The notes: generated from the letters alone by a model not told the origin. A stretch of 64,000 nt of DNA from Antedon mediterranea (GCF_964355755.1 NC_092672.1:8122001-8186000), one strand, 5' to 3'. Shown: positions 18,101-33,100, counted from the stretch's first letter. Numbers and translations are program-made.

Positions 18101-21100
18101 GACCCAAAAACATGAGTTGGCTAATAGTGTTAAAACATACATTAACTGCCTCTCAATCGATTCAGTGTCCCCTTAATGGGGGGTGTCCCAAAGGAGGGGT
18201 TCTATTGTAAATGTTAATGTTTAATAATCTATTTTCATAAGTGCTAATGATCTATTTACCTGTTTTGGCAACGCTTCATAAATCTTTGAATCTTCCTCGC
18301 AGCTGACTGTTCACGCTTCATCTGAGCCAGTCGTCTGAAAATTATACAAAAATAACAATTTAATGACTTTGTATTATGAAATTATTATGATATGAAAAGC
18401 TGTTTATTATCGATATTTCATATTACTGCTTCATATTTATTGCTAGGAAAACATAAAAAAAAATCAATTTTCAAATGCTATTCAGTAACACTATAAAATC
18501 AGCATATTTCTTTCATGAAGGTTAGCTAGCATACTACTATATAAATTTATATTACAAAAGGCAATGATGGTAAAAGAAAAACAAGAAATACAGAAATGTA
18601 AGAAAAATAATATACTCTATAATATTAAACATTTATTATTATTAGTCAATTAAATTAATTTATATTAGAGTTTTAAAATAAAAGATAAACGTTTAAAAAT
18701 AATGTACTCTATAATATTAAACATCTATTATTATTAGTCAATTAAATTAATTTATATTAGAGTTTTAAAATAAAAGATAAACGTTTTAAAATCATAATTT
18801 TTATTTTATCTTATTTCAATCATATCTTCGGAAAATCCACCACTTACAGAATTGAACATACAAAATGAAAACAACAACATAAAAGCTTTTGAAGAAATAA
18901 TATTTAGTTTATTTATTTGGGTGTGCGCCGTTAGAAAGTATAGTGTATGAATTATAATAGGGAGCCTTATAATATTTAGTTCTAGGAAGTTGGGTGTGCG
19001 CCGTTAGAAAGTATAGTGTATGAATTATAATAGGGAGCCTTATAATATTTAGTTCTAGGAAGTTGGGTGTGCGCCATTAGAAAGTATAGTGTATGAATTA
19101 TAATAGGAAGCCTTTGTTTGGAGGACCTAGTTAACAGTTAAATAGCCGCTCCATAATTCTCTTTTCTTCCTCATATCTTTTTACTTACAAATTTTATTTA
19201 ATTTATTTATATTTTTACTTAATGTACACAACTAATGATCAAATAACAGTTTTCTCATCACATCATACAACGTGCATTTCTATACTAACAAATTTGTCAA
19301 AACTTTCTATTATTTAAAAGTCGAAGATAGTCGGGTCTCGGATTCATTCTATTGTCGCCACAGATTGACTTCTTCATCAGTACTTCTATGAATGGATGAT
19401 TAGTTGGGAACGCAGTAATTAATCGGAAAAACACCTTACGACGGGAAAAACTTCTTCATTTGCTTCTTTGACGGAAAATTTGTTATCTATTATTGTCTTT
19501 TATTTGTTGTATATATTTTAACAAATGAATAAACTTAAAGAAAAATAAACAATATGCATAGGTTTAACTTGTCGCAAACCTAAAGCTCCATATAAACAAT
19601 CTGGGTTTTAGTTTTATTACCTGAACCGTTGTTGGATTACAATGGCAGCGTGTCTACTTCTTCGGAACTTCTCCTGCTCTCGGTAGGCACGGTAGTGGCT
19701 TTGAATGATAATGGCTGCCTCCCGACTCTTCTTGAACTGTTTGTAGTTGTGGTATCCACGGAAACGGCTCTGGATGACACGAGCCGCATCAGTCATTTTC
19801 TTAGTCTGTATGCAGGCATACTGTATAAAATATTATTTTAAAAACAAAATTTAATCAGTAAAAATTAGTCAGAAACAAAAATATAATTAGACATTAGAAT
19901 ATAAACTTATTAACAATAAATAAATAAGGTATATTAAAGCATATTTAAAGTTTGCTTAATTTACATATTGGTCAGTGATGAAGGCCTTAGTCAGTGAGCC
20001 ATCCAGTTGGATAGCCAAACATGATTTAGGATAATATACAAATAATGAATGTTTATGAGTGCAATGGTACAAATAATGGCACGAGGTGAATGATGAAAGG
20101 TTATATCAACGAGGCAAAGCCGAGTTGATATAACCTTTCATCATTCACCAAGTGCCATTATTTGTACCATTACACGAATACAAAACATTCATTATTTGTT
20201 TTATATAACATCTAAATAACAAACAAAAATGTTTCAAAAAGTACTATTTAACGATCGTTGAATAGTGCGTACTATTGCACGCCATGTGACCCACATTCGT
20301 CCAATCAAATGACAGGAATTTATATAGGTGTTATATAATAGCTTTTAACAAGGTGGATTGGACAGTCTACACACAGTCTACCATACGTCACTGAGTAGTT
20401 CATGCAGGTTGTTCTGTTGACTCAAACGTGATGAACGTCTATGATTACCAAAGAAAATTTCAACTTACAAAATTTGCGTAGTCAAAATTCTGCTTAACTT
20501 GTTTGTATCGTCTGAAGTAGTTTTGAATGATAACAGCTGCCTCAAGCTCTTGTTGTTTCTGACGCTGTCGACCCTGAGGATGAAGAATCCAAAGTAAGAA
20601 ACAATGCATTGTATGGCTTAGAATGAAAAAAAAAACCAATATACGTCCACACTATTTGTATAACCAGGAAAAAGTGAAATTAGTAATTTTACTTTTTCCT
20701 GGTATACCAGACCGGAACCGCGCTGGAACAGATGTGAAAGACCCTTAACATATGTATACATCTATACCCCTTTCACACTGCCTGGCAAAACTCTGGAGTT
20801 TATACAAACAGGGACACTGGCGTTTTGTATGGTTTGTGCGCAACTGTGTGTGTAAAGTCTAGAGTTTTGCTAGGGGATGTGAAAGGGGTATCAGTTACCT
20901 GATACTGTCGGAATGCATTTTGTATGACCAAGGCTGCCTTATACAGTTCAAGTTGCTCATGGTCTAAGAAAAAACAATGTAGATATATTAGTAATACTTA
21001 TATGTATTATTTAAAGCGTTGGCTACACTATCAAACTAACAAAAAAAAATTGTGCTGTGCCCAAATATGGTAGTAATATGACATCATCATGTCCATACAT

Positions 21101-24100
21101 GGCCACATCGCATTTTTTTGTCACATGAAGTTTGATAGTGTAGACAGAGCTTCAGAATTGTATTATGACTCAACTAATTAACACAATAGTAATAATAATA
21201 AAAATTTACCTGATAAAGTGAGAAGAGAAAAGCTCTGTACTGTTCCACCAATAAAGTCTCTCAAACCAGAAGGTGGTGAAGGTTCATCAAACGACAGCTC
21301 TGATTGGCTAAGGAGGCACGAATCAGTGCTTGCTGGTGAACCAATACTTGCGTAACTAAAAACAAATATGGAATGAAAATAAAGTACCATACACTCTTAA
21401 TATTATAACATGCGGGTGGGATTTTACTTGAGTGATTTACGGTAGTTTAGGGTAAATCCACTGTTAATTAAATCCCAGAATAATCCTACCTTTTTTTACT
21501 AAATTTCGTAGACAGATAATCCACTGAAAAAATTCCATGGCATTATAGGAGGTCAAGAGAATGCACCCTAAGCGTGACCTTAGATCCACCTTGGTACAGG
21601 AAAATGCTTTTTCAATTTAATAATCTTTTATCATTTACTTACGCATGGCTCTGATCCATCGGTGTACCTACTCCATGTGAACAAGCATCATTACGCATTG
21701 ATGTTGAATGTTCTGGAATATTGATTTTGATCCTGTCTGGAAGAGCATCTATGATCTGCTCAGCTATCGACAAGTATTGTTCCTTGAGAAAAGAAAACAA
21801 ATCATACAAAATTAATCACAATTTTGATCAGATGTTTAGCCTTCTCCGATGTAATGTACTGTATACTCACTAGTCTGGCAGTCATACCATACCATCAAGA
21901 TTACACTGTACTGTATTTTGAATAGAAGGAAACTAAAAAGAAAGTAAAACGACCCGTAGGAAGACCTACAAGGACATGTAGACACAACAACCAACACAAT
22001 AACAAACCATCCTACCATAAACAGACAAAAATGGAAACAAATTGTGGAAAGCGTAATGTCAGAAGACTGAAATGTTAAGAAGAAGTAAGTACTTTGAATA
22101 CAACCCAAACAAAACTTACTTTTTCAAATCCTAGGTCACTTGAAGATGATGATCCAAACGGTGGTAGAAGACCTCCTGTTAGACAAGAGTGGTCACCATT
22201 AGAATGTCCTTCAGCTTCTCCCATCTGCATTGGTGAATCCCTTCCATCACCAAAGAAACGTTGTATATTGTCCCTCGTGGTGTCTACATTACAGCTTAAG
22301 AAATTATCTGGGCACATTCCAGCTAAGAAGTGTGCATTGGCACTCTCTTCATTTAAAAAGCCCTGACCTAAACTACCTCCTGGACTGGTGGAACTTAGGG
22401 GTGATCCTGTTCCAGACAGAAATGAACTTGGGACGGATGCAGGGCTACTTAGACCTTGTGACAATGGTGTGAAAGACCTTGCAGAAAGACATCCAGAAGA
22501 TGGTGATGAAGACTCAAATGTCATTGGAGAATTATTGCAATTCTGAGAATCAGAAGCTGCCGGTGAAGAGACCGACACCACTGGTGGACAACTGATCTTA
22601 GTGGTTGAGGTTGTTGGCTGCTGCCATTGATGTTGAAGTTGCTCAATGTGATGTACCAATGATGCATAACCTCGTAACCTGGCCAACTGTAGAGGTAGAC
22701 GACCTAGACTGTCTGGTACTGTTAAGCACTGTTGGTTCCAATGGTACAGAAGCAAGGCAGCATGTGTATGTCCAAGAGCACACGACCACATCTAAAACAA
22801 GAAGGAATTCCATATAATTACCGTACAACTAAAATAAACAAGCCATTGGCTTGTCTGCCATTCTGGTGGGCATATAATCACTGGGAGCGCAGTGCAGTTT
22901 AGTAAAAGCTATCTTAGCTTCTATACTTACCATTGGTGTACATGAGTTTTCATCTACAATAATAGGATTAGCTTCCAATTCCATAATCACATTCGGTTTG
23001 CTTTAAAATAATTACAAAAACATTATTATATAAAGAATAGGAGGTCACCATAACTATTTGGTAATGCAGTTAGCTGACATTGTAGGAGGTCACCATAACC
23101 GTTTGCTAATGCAGTTAGCTGACACTTAACACCTTAATTGGCCTGATTTACCTCCAATTATGAAGTGTTACAATAAGTCTGCTATAGCCAAGTGCTGCTG
23201 CAAGATGGAGCAGTGTCATGCCACGGCAAAATGACGATAGCTTCAGCTGTACATTGTCCTGCTGTGAGGTGCATGCCATTAGCTTCTCACACACTGTAAT
23301 CACTCTATCCTCAAAACTTATTGATGTGCTGGGTTGTGAACCACCACTCTACAAAAAAAAAAATAATATATAATAGAATAAATATAATTCCCATTCAAAG
23401 ATACTGAAAAAATAAAAAAAGGAAGCTCTGAGGTGTGTAACCGGTTGTGACACTGCCAAGTTGAGCTACTGTGCAGATTGTGTTTACTCACCATCTTCCT
23501 TATTGAGTACAAGGGTTAAGCAGTCATTACTTTCATCTTCAGTCAACATTGCCTAATAGATTTGTTTGTTTGTTTGGCTGCTCAACTTAGCCTAAGAGTA
23601 AGACACTTAGATTTTCAACTTACATTTCCACCAGCAACTTGTTGGGTATGTCCCAAGTCCCTGTTTCCACCTAACCGCTTCTCAATTTGTTCAAGGCGAT
23701 CTAAAATAGCCATCTTAAAATCATTTTCTACATAAAAAGAAAAGAAATATATGAAAAAACTTTAAACTCTTCTAGGCTCCCCAAAACAATTGTTTTTTTT
23801 TCCTGTTTAATCTTCTGAATTAAAAGCATAATAAATGTTAGTTTGCAGTACACCATGTGTTTCCAAAGACAAATAAAGTAAAGTTGAAAATGTCTTGATG
23901 TTTTGGTTGTTATGTTAAAACAGTTTTCTGGAGAACGTATCTCCAGAGGATGGTTGAAATTAGCTTGGAAAATATTCTCAACCTCATCCAATTTACTTTT
24001 AAAAACTCCTTTTACAAAATTCTTTGGCAGTTATTTTTTACAGAACCTGCCTGAACCAATAAATTCAATAATAATTTACCATCTAAGGGCAACCAGTCTT

Positions 24101-27100
24101 GTTGTAAACTTGGTTGAGGCATAGCCCTAGCTTTGTATTCAAACAAAACTGCACGGGATACAGGCAAACTGTTATGGGTAACACGCATGACGACCACGCC
24201 AGCGGTGTGAGCTAAAAGAAATATTTACAAAAATACATTAAGTTTATACACTTATTATACACAAACAAGCTAAGGAGCTATAATTGTAAAAGGTTCAGTC
24301 AATCAATTGGTATAGTTGTACAATGTGCCTTTTAAAAAGACCTTGAAAACTGCACAACATGTACCTTATTATAATGATTATTTATTTATAATTATTATTA
24401 TATTAATTATAAATAAAGCAGAATACTTACCTGGACAAAAACAGCGAAGAACTCCCGTTTGTATCAATGTGGCTGGCACTACAAACTCATCAAATAGACA
24501 TGTAAATACACCGCTTTGATTATTCCATGGACCAGTTACAAGAATTTTAACTCCTCCCTAAATTAAAATGATATACAAACTATGTTATGGAAAATGTATT
24601 TAACATTAATAAAGGTAAAAGAAGAATTAGATTCAGAAATACATATTATTGACAAAATATGCTTACCTCTGGGTATGACCAGCCAGGAGAAAAGTCGGTT
24701 ATCTCAAATAAATTCATATTTGCACCCATTTCTGAAGTTAACGCTGTGTCGACTGAACTTACACACATTGCAGTAGAGTTTGCAAGATTAGTACTAGAAT
24801 TGTGACTAGATGGAGAGTTTGTAAATGCTATGCTGTTTTGAGGGATGTGCGTCAGAGAGTTATGCTTATCAAAACTGATGTCTTGAGCAATTCGACTGAG
24901 AGAATTCTGTTTATCAGAGGTTATATCATCATCACTTGTTGAAATGTTATCAAATAGGTCAAATGTGTCCAGATCAAGTTCTGGTGAACTAAGCAAATTA
25001 ATTGGAGTCGAGGATGTTGTGTTACAAGTACTATTAGTATGACCTTGTGAAGATGAGGTCATCAATGGAGAGCTGGTTGCTGTAGGAAATGTATAAGTAG
25101 ACTGTGGAGAAATTGGTTTGTTCAACAAACTAATACTATTGCTTTGGTAGCACTGATTTGATTGGTTGACTGTATGTCCATCAATGAATGATTGGTTGTT
25201 CTGCGATTGTGCCAAAGACTTTTCTAGTTGATTCACAATATTTGCGCCAGGCACTTGTGTCGGATCACTCAACTGTTGGGATGGTATCTCAAACTGATTC
25301 TGATTCAAAAGAAACTGTGCTAATCCAAGTTGGGTGTTAATTAACTGGTTTGTGCCTGCAAAACCTCTATGTTGGTGGTTGAAGGGAAACTGGTTCTGAC
25401 CAGTCTGTTGTGGATTAAACTGATTGTTTCTGGAATTCATTGACATAAATTGGTCAGTTTGACATGTCTTCTGGTTTGACACCGATTCTGACAGGCCAGA
25501 ATTCATTTGAATTGTCTGAGAAGGAACTTCAAATTGATTCGGTTGGACCATATCAAGGTGGTTTAATCGAGGTTGTATAAGACACGGCTGTGCATTATTC
25601 TGCAACATAAAACTACTTTGTGGTTGATTTAATGATGGAACACTCTGTTGCAATTGCTGAAAAGTATTAAAGGGGTTTTGAAAGCCAGACAGATCTTGTT
25701 GTTTCTGTTCTAGAAAGTGATTGTGCATGTTTACTACTCTTGATGAATCTTCCTGTCTTGACATTAAAGTATTTGATTGTAATTGATTTGTTAATGAGGG
25801 TTGATTGATAACACCATTATCTGAACTTAAATGTTGCCTCTGCTGTGATGTCTGCTGAAGTCCAGCTTGGTATACCACATTCCCCGTTGTCATACTAGAG
25901 GAAGCTGGTGCGCTCTGGCGGATTTCTGGATTTGGGGGAATATTGTGAAAAGTCATGCTTCTAATTGCCTGGTGGGCATTAACTGTCTGGTGGGCATTAA
26001 CTGTCTGGTGGGCATTTACAGTCGTTTGGGCAGTTGTGTTTTGCTGACCATTCTGTTGAGTATTTATTGTTTGTTGGGTATTTATAACATGTTGTGCGTT
26101 TACAGTCTGCTGTGTGATTGTAGATGGTTGGATATAACTGGTTTGTTGATCATTTATTTTCTGTTGTCCGTTCAAAGTTTGTTGAGCATTCATTGCCCGC
26201 TGGGTCTCCAGCATTCTCTGGGTAGATATAGCCTGTTGGGTATTTGAAATATGTTGTGTAATATCCTGTAAATTTGTTTGTGGCTGAAAATGTATTGTCT
26301 GCCGACTTTCTATCTGATCAGAAGTTTGAGCAGACTCTCCATTGTTTTTAACAGGTTTCGCTATGTTTTGGAGATGTTTTGCTAAATCAGTTGGCACTTT
26401 TACAACGTTCTGGTAGTTTTTCGGTTGATCTTGGAACCGATTTTTACAGGTGTGTAACGTTGGATCATTGTCGACCATTTCCTTAAGTTCTTGCGACACT
26501 TCTGCAGTGATCCTGGGTGGTTCAATCCTAACCTTTGATTCGCAAACAACATTTTCATTGTCATCCGAAGACTGCTGTATCTGGGTTTTGAAGGAATCAG
26601 ATGCAAGTGGCTTATTTGGCAGAACCAAAGGATCAGAATCTTCTGCCACTGGTTGGCTGTTACATGCAACCAAAATCAAGTTATTACCCTGAACAGATGA
26701 TTGGTCGATGGTCAAAACCTGTCGATTGTCAGGGTTAACCTCTTCACCTGTCTGGTTTATGATCTTGAGAATTGTAGGTCCTGAATGTCCACCAGCAATG
26801 TGGTATGGTATCACTTGATAAGCTGCTTGAGATCCTGTTAGTAGAAAACAAATTTCTGTTAGTAGAAATAAGAATTAGGTAAACTCTTTAATGTTCATAT
26901 TTTGTCTGTAAGACATTCTCTCTGTCCACTGATTAAGTTGAAGAGCTCTTACCAGATGGTCCTGACATCTGCTGATCAATCCTTGGTAAGAGCATTCTAA
27001 GAGGTCTTGCAATGTCCTGTTGATCTTCAACCTTCTCTTTTGACAGCATTTCGTTCTTCTGCTGTGTTAAATAGTAATGCACAATGGCCTCAGCTACATC

Positions 27101-30100
27101 AGATCCCTGTAAAATAAATGAATATCAATTCGGTCACCTTTTTTTAATTATTAACTTCACACCTAAATAATTTGGCAATTGGCTTCATGCATCAAAGTAT
27201 ACCCATCTTTTGAAAGATGCACCAGGTTCTTTTTTAAGTACACATAAGATATGAACACTGGACCTACTTAAGACTTGTTCTACTACCAAACCATTGCTTT
27301 TTTCTTTTTTGTTAGTATATTATTGTTGTCAACTTTGTTTTCTGTCTTTTTTATGTATGAATTTGAAAATTAAAATTTAAAAAAAAGCGTCGATATTATG
27401 GTTAGTTGGCTTCCTTGGTCACAAAGCCACTAAAACCACTTAATTCCAACATAAACAAGCAAATATTAAAGGGCCTAAAATATTCAGAGCGAAGTGACAA
27501 ATATTCTGAAACCAATCTAACACTAGAGAAGACACCAATATGAATAACCAAACTAATGCTAATTTATATTGAGACTAAAAATAAATATCTTTAAATAACA
27601 TATTACAGTAACTGTATAAATTGTATAAACTGATATAAATCCACGATACCCAGATGTTCTAACATTTAAACACCGCTATGCCCGTACATACGTACTAAAA
27701 CACTCCTCTAAAATGAGTTTCCACGTTTATGGTCAAATCTACCAAATGAAATTAAGGACTCTGTAGTTCTTGAAAATACTAATATATTTGCTATGAAATT
27801 GAAAGAACATTATAAATATTAAATTCCTTGGGTACTGAAATTTGACTAAATTAAGAATAATTTGGTACTGTAGTAATAGGCTATATACTTTCACTTAATT
27901 AGAATTTATTTATATTAGGATCGTTAATGTATATTTTATCTATCTTTATGTACTGGATGTCTAAGGATGGATAAGCAAGCCTGCGAGCTACAGCGATTTC
28001 AATTGCTTTTGCTTATCCTTGCCTCCTTAGATTTGCACCTGTCTTGTTTTTGTTACCTTGTTTTAAATGTATTTCGATTTTTAAGGCTAAATAAAGAATG
28101 AATGAATGAATGAATGAACTCATACTTATAAAAATAACAAGTATAATATTTCTACGTTGCACACATGTTATAAAATAAAATTATGGCCATATGTTTTATT
28201 ATATAAAAAATATAAATATCTATCTAAACTACATGCATAATGTATATAATATTGTAGTTACTGGTAAGTGTGTATGTTTAAACAGACATGTTTCTACTTA
28301 ATCTTATAAAACCATCACTGTCTTGGTAAAAACATTACATTTTAAAGCTAACAATTCAACGATAATGACTTTTCATATAACATTATTTATAGGTAATGAT
28401 GCACTACTGGCTTTGATCATAAACACATTCTTTCTTTCAATACATTTCATAGACAAGAAACATCTCTTACAACACACTGATAAATACAACCATTTAAAAG
28501 TAATAATTTAATCAACAAAAATGACCAGATATTTAAATTTGTCCATTTCGAGTTGACCAAATGGCATAGGCCTAGGTGTTTATCATCTTTTCTAATCATT
28601 TATATCTGTTTTTTCTTGGTATTTTTCTGTATTTGGCAGATAAAATATTAAAATGATTGCTGTTCATTTTAGAATAATTATTGTATTAAATGTTTTGTAA
28701 ATTCTGAAGATTAATCCTAACTAATAAATGGAGTAGATTTATCATTAGGTGGTATTCTTTCTGCATTTATGAATATTGAATGCAATAAACGCATTAGGTG
28801 ATAGCTAGGTGTTTTAAGATTCTATGGAATAATACTATAACACTATCACCTAAAAAACTGCTGTGATATTAACATAATGGATGTAATATCAGTTTGATAT
28901 TAAACAATTTTTAGTATATATTTATAGCTAATTGTATTTGAATTATGAATAATGAAGTGTTTTAACCAATTAGATGCTACTTAAGGTGTTAACGGCGTAG
29001 GATAAAAACACCTAAAAATATGCTGTGTACTTTATATGGCAGATTATATACACCAGTCTGTAATGATCAATTTATTACCAATACCATATATTTATTTTAC
29101 GATTGACCACTTAGATGTTAGATGTTTTTGTATGTATATATAGTTGTTATTACCATAAGAAAATAAATAATAAATAAATAAATTCTATTTTACAAATTGT
29201 ATATTATAATTTAACATCTTTTCATACAACTGTTCATTCTACAAACTGTAGGGAGTTAAATAAGAAAAAACTGAATGACACAGATGCACGAGTTGAACCT
29301 AGAATACCGTACATGGATTACACGGTGGCATCCTTCCATCTTACCACCTAACATGACTCGATTTTTGAATAATTCAAGATTTTGGAATGTGCTGATTTTA
29401 TCAGTATCATACTGTAGCAACATAATGTGAGGTACTTTAAAGTTTATGAATAAATTATAGTCTAATGAATAATTCATTTTTTGAAATGTGCTTATACCCA
29501 CTTTATCAGTATCATAGCAATATAATACATGGTGTGATTATATTAGTACATTAAAAGGTTTATGAATAATTCATGATCTTGGATTGTGCTCATACCCACT
29601 TTATCAGTATCATAGCAATACAATACTGTACATGGTGTGATAGGTACATTAAAAGGTTTATGAATAAATTATTGTATTTATGAATAATTAATGATCTTGG
29701 AATGTAAATATACCCACTTTATCAGTATCATAGCAACATGTGCGAGGAACTTTAAAGTTTATGAATAAATTATAGTCTAATGAATAATTCATGATCTTGG
29801 ATTGTGCTCATACCCACTTTATCAGTATCATAGCAATATAATACTGTACATGGTGTGATAGGTACATTAAAAGGTTTATGAATAAATTATTGTATTTATG
29901 AATAATTAATGAATTTGGAATGTGCTTATAATTATTATACCCACCTTATCCGAATCATAGAAATATAATACATGGCATGAGGGGTAAGGTTTATGAATAA
30001 ATTATAGTATTTATGAATAGTTCATGAATTTAATACCCACTTCATCAGTATCATAGCAACATGATGAGTAAAGTACTTATAGTTTATGAATAAATCATAA

Positions 30101-33100
30101 TATGAATAATTCATGATTTTGGAATGCACTTATCAGTATGATAAATGATTTGTTTCAGATAAAACATTTACAAAGTAATCCATATTGTATTTGTGGGTTT
30201 TACAAGTTTACATCAGTAATAAAGTTTGTATAACATTAGTTTTTATTTTTTGTAATTTTTTTCTTATTGTATTGTATTGTGTCACGAATACTGATGATAT
30301 AAAAACGCATGTTCAATAAAGTTATTATAAAGTAGTTATTAGTATGGTTACATACTTACATTTAAGAATAAATTTGCATTATGAATATTCATGAATATAC
30401 TTACAGAATATTCCTTGTTGCCGTTGTTTACTTTCATCTGAGAACCAACAACTGAAAGAGAATTAAAACTCCAAATTTATTCATTTTTAATGGTTTACAA
30501 TATTTTATTTGTTCATAGTATATTATCATAATTACACAGAAATTACTATGAATTTGAAGCAAGGAATAATGTTTTCAAATAATAATTTCTTGCTATTTGC
30601 TTTGAATTAATTTTGAAAATCACTTGAAAACAAAAAACGACTGTTTGGTAGGAATCATGTGGCTCCAACTCTCTCCACCCAGGTGTAAACATGGGTACCT
30701 GGTATTAGGTCAAGACACAACTTGATTACTAGCTGCATTATGGGTATGTTTATACTTGTTGATCTGGGTTAACAGTATGTACAGCACTTAAAGTTTTCTC
30801 AACATTAGGCGGTTTATAAATACATGAATTTATTATTATTAAAAAGATTAATTTTAAAATCAATCTTTTATATACAAAAATCGTATATAAAAAACATCTA
30901 AAAACATACACATTGGTGTTATTTGTTGAAGCAGTTCCTCTCGTGTCCATGTCTTTCCATCGATCGTCAATGGTAATGTTGTCGGCATCCAACGACCAAG
31001 GTGAATAGCGCCACCTTTAGAGTCATCTACTGGCATATTAAGATAATGCACTAAAACCATATCTGGGTTCTACGACGAGAAAGTGAACAATTTAACTTAT
31101 TTTACATTTACCAAAAAATAACAACATCCACCAAAAATTGCAGGAAATAATTATAATATATATATTAGACATGTGACAGAAAGCAAAAGGAAAGATGATT
31201 TTCTAGGCTGGTGTTTTGTTCTTGAAATCATGCATTCGATCACTTTTGTCAGGTTTTCACATATATTTATAATGTATATTATCAACATACATTTTTTTAA
31301 ATACTGGATATTTTTTTTATTATACTGGATATATCTGTATAATACTATTCTAAAATGTTGTTTTTTTATACTTTTTTCCTCCCACAATTTCCAGTGTTTG
31401 TTACACCTTTGGTATCCTGCCAGCCAGCCTGCATGTGGGGAGGGAGTGTACTGCGATCATTTTAATAAATCTTTTTTATTTTCATGGGTTTTTTTGAAAA
31501 AATATACAGTATAAAGTGACAAACAACATAAAACACTCAAAGTTGGTACAAAAAAGAACGTAACGCAAGGACGTAAACGCAACGCAAGCGTTTTAACCAT
31601 GACAAGCGAAGTTATAGACAGTTAGCAATCACAAGCGAATAAGCCATCGCTTGTGATTGGTCAATTCACTTGCGTTGCGTTACGTCCTTGTGTTGCGTAG
31701 AAAAAGTTTACCTGCAACAGCCAGTAGCATCTTCTATGGAATGTTGGAATAATGGCAGAATGAACATAGCATCCATACAGGCACTGAAATAAAAAAAAAC
31801 AAATTATGTAATAATTAATATATATCTTGCTCCAATTTAAAAAACAATCTTTGAAAATTGATACTACGAAATGATAGCATGAATGAATTATGAAACAATA
31901 CTGATTTAACAAATTTTTTATAAAAATTATAACAATATCATTATTGTTATGTTATCTTTACCAATAGTAACTAAAGAAGACAATTGCTATGTGAAATTTG
32001 AAAAAATTATTTTATCACATTATATTTGGAAGTTTGTTGATAATAAAGAAGAATGTATCAAAAAGCAATTGTTTTGTAGGTAATAAAAATGTTGCAAATG
32101 TCATGATGCATTGAACGTAGGTAGACAAATCAGACAACAGTTCTTTGCTCTGACCCAAAAGGCCTTCCACAGTGTTTAATTTTAGCATCAACACCCACTC
32201 AATAGCAGCTTTTTAATAACCTCCAAGCACTTTAAAAGCTACTGTACTGAGTAGACCGAAAAATGAAAAATTTTCTATGAAAAAGTTGGAGTTGATTATA
32301 AATATTTAAATCTGTTAAATTTTCCAAAATGAGGACCAAAACTAATTTTCCATGGACAAATATGGGCAGATACAGGGGGAAGATCCAGGAGGCGGATCCA
32401 GAGGCGGATCCAGGGGGAGATCCAGCGGGGTGGATCCAGGGGGTGGAGCTTCAGGAGTACGCTTCTTCTAAATAACACTAACAGCTAAAATGTATTATGA
32501 AATACAGTTTAATATTTATTTTTGACAGTATTTTGACAATATTAATGTTAGCGTACATACACAGTACTCTATTTAAATCTGGTTCTTCCATTTAATTCAA
32601 TTTATTTGGGAAAGTTATGAAATTTGGCTTTAATTTTGTCTTACTGTACCTGTACTTGCTGCAAGCAAGTTAAAATAAAAACAAAACCATAAAAAGTAGA
32701 CTGTACAAACAGTGAAACACATGATAAATAAATTACTGTATCTTTATCATAAAATGGTTTTACTTTACTTCACATTAATGAGTTCACACTACCTAACTAC
32801 TTTACAGTGTATGAAAAATTAAATTGAATATCTATAAAAATCGAAGTGTATTCATACTGTACAGACAAAACAACGCTGAATGGCAACAATGATTCAATGT
32901 GGCTTACAATAATTATTAAGACGTTAATTCACTTCCAGATGAAATGCTACCAAAGCATCATTCCAAACAACTTATTGATTTTTATAATGTATTTATAATC
33001 AACTGCTGTATGTTATAATGTGTATTTTATAATTCAGAAGGCTAATTTAATATAACATTTTAAATTCAAATTAATTTTGTTTTTTTCAATTTAATAAATC

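Noticed and set aside
25867-26692. Antisense and alternative-frame ORFs over CAMTA, ALDH4A1 and PSMC2 exons
   Set aside because: Shadows of real coding exons with no independent evidence.
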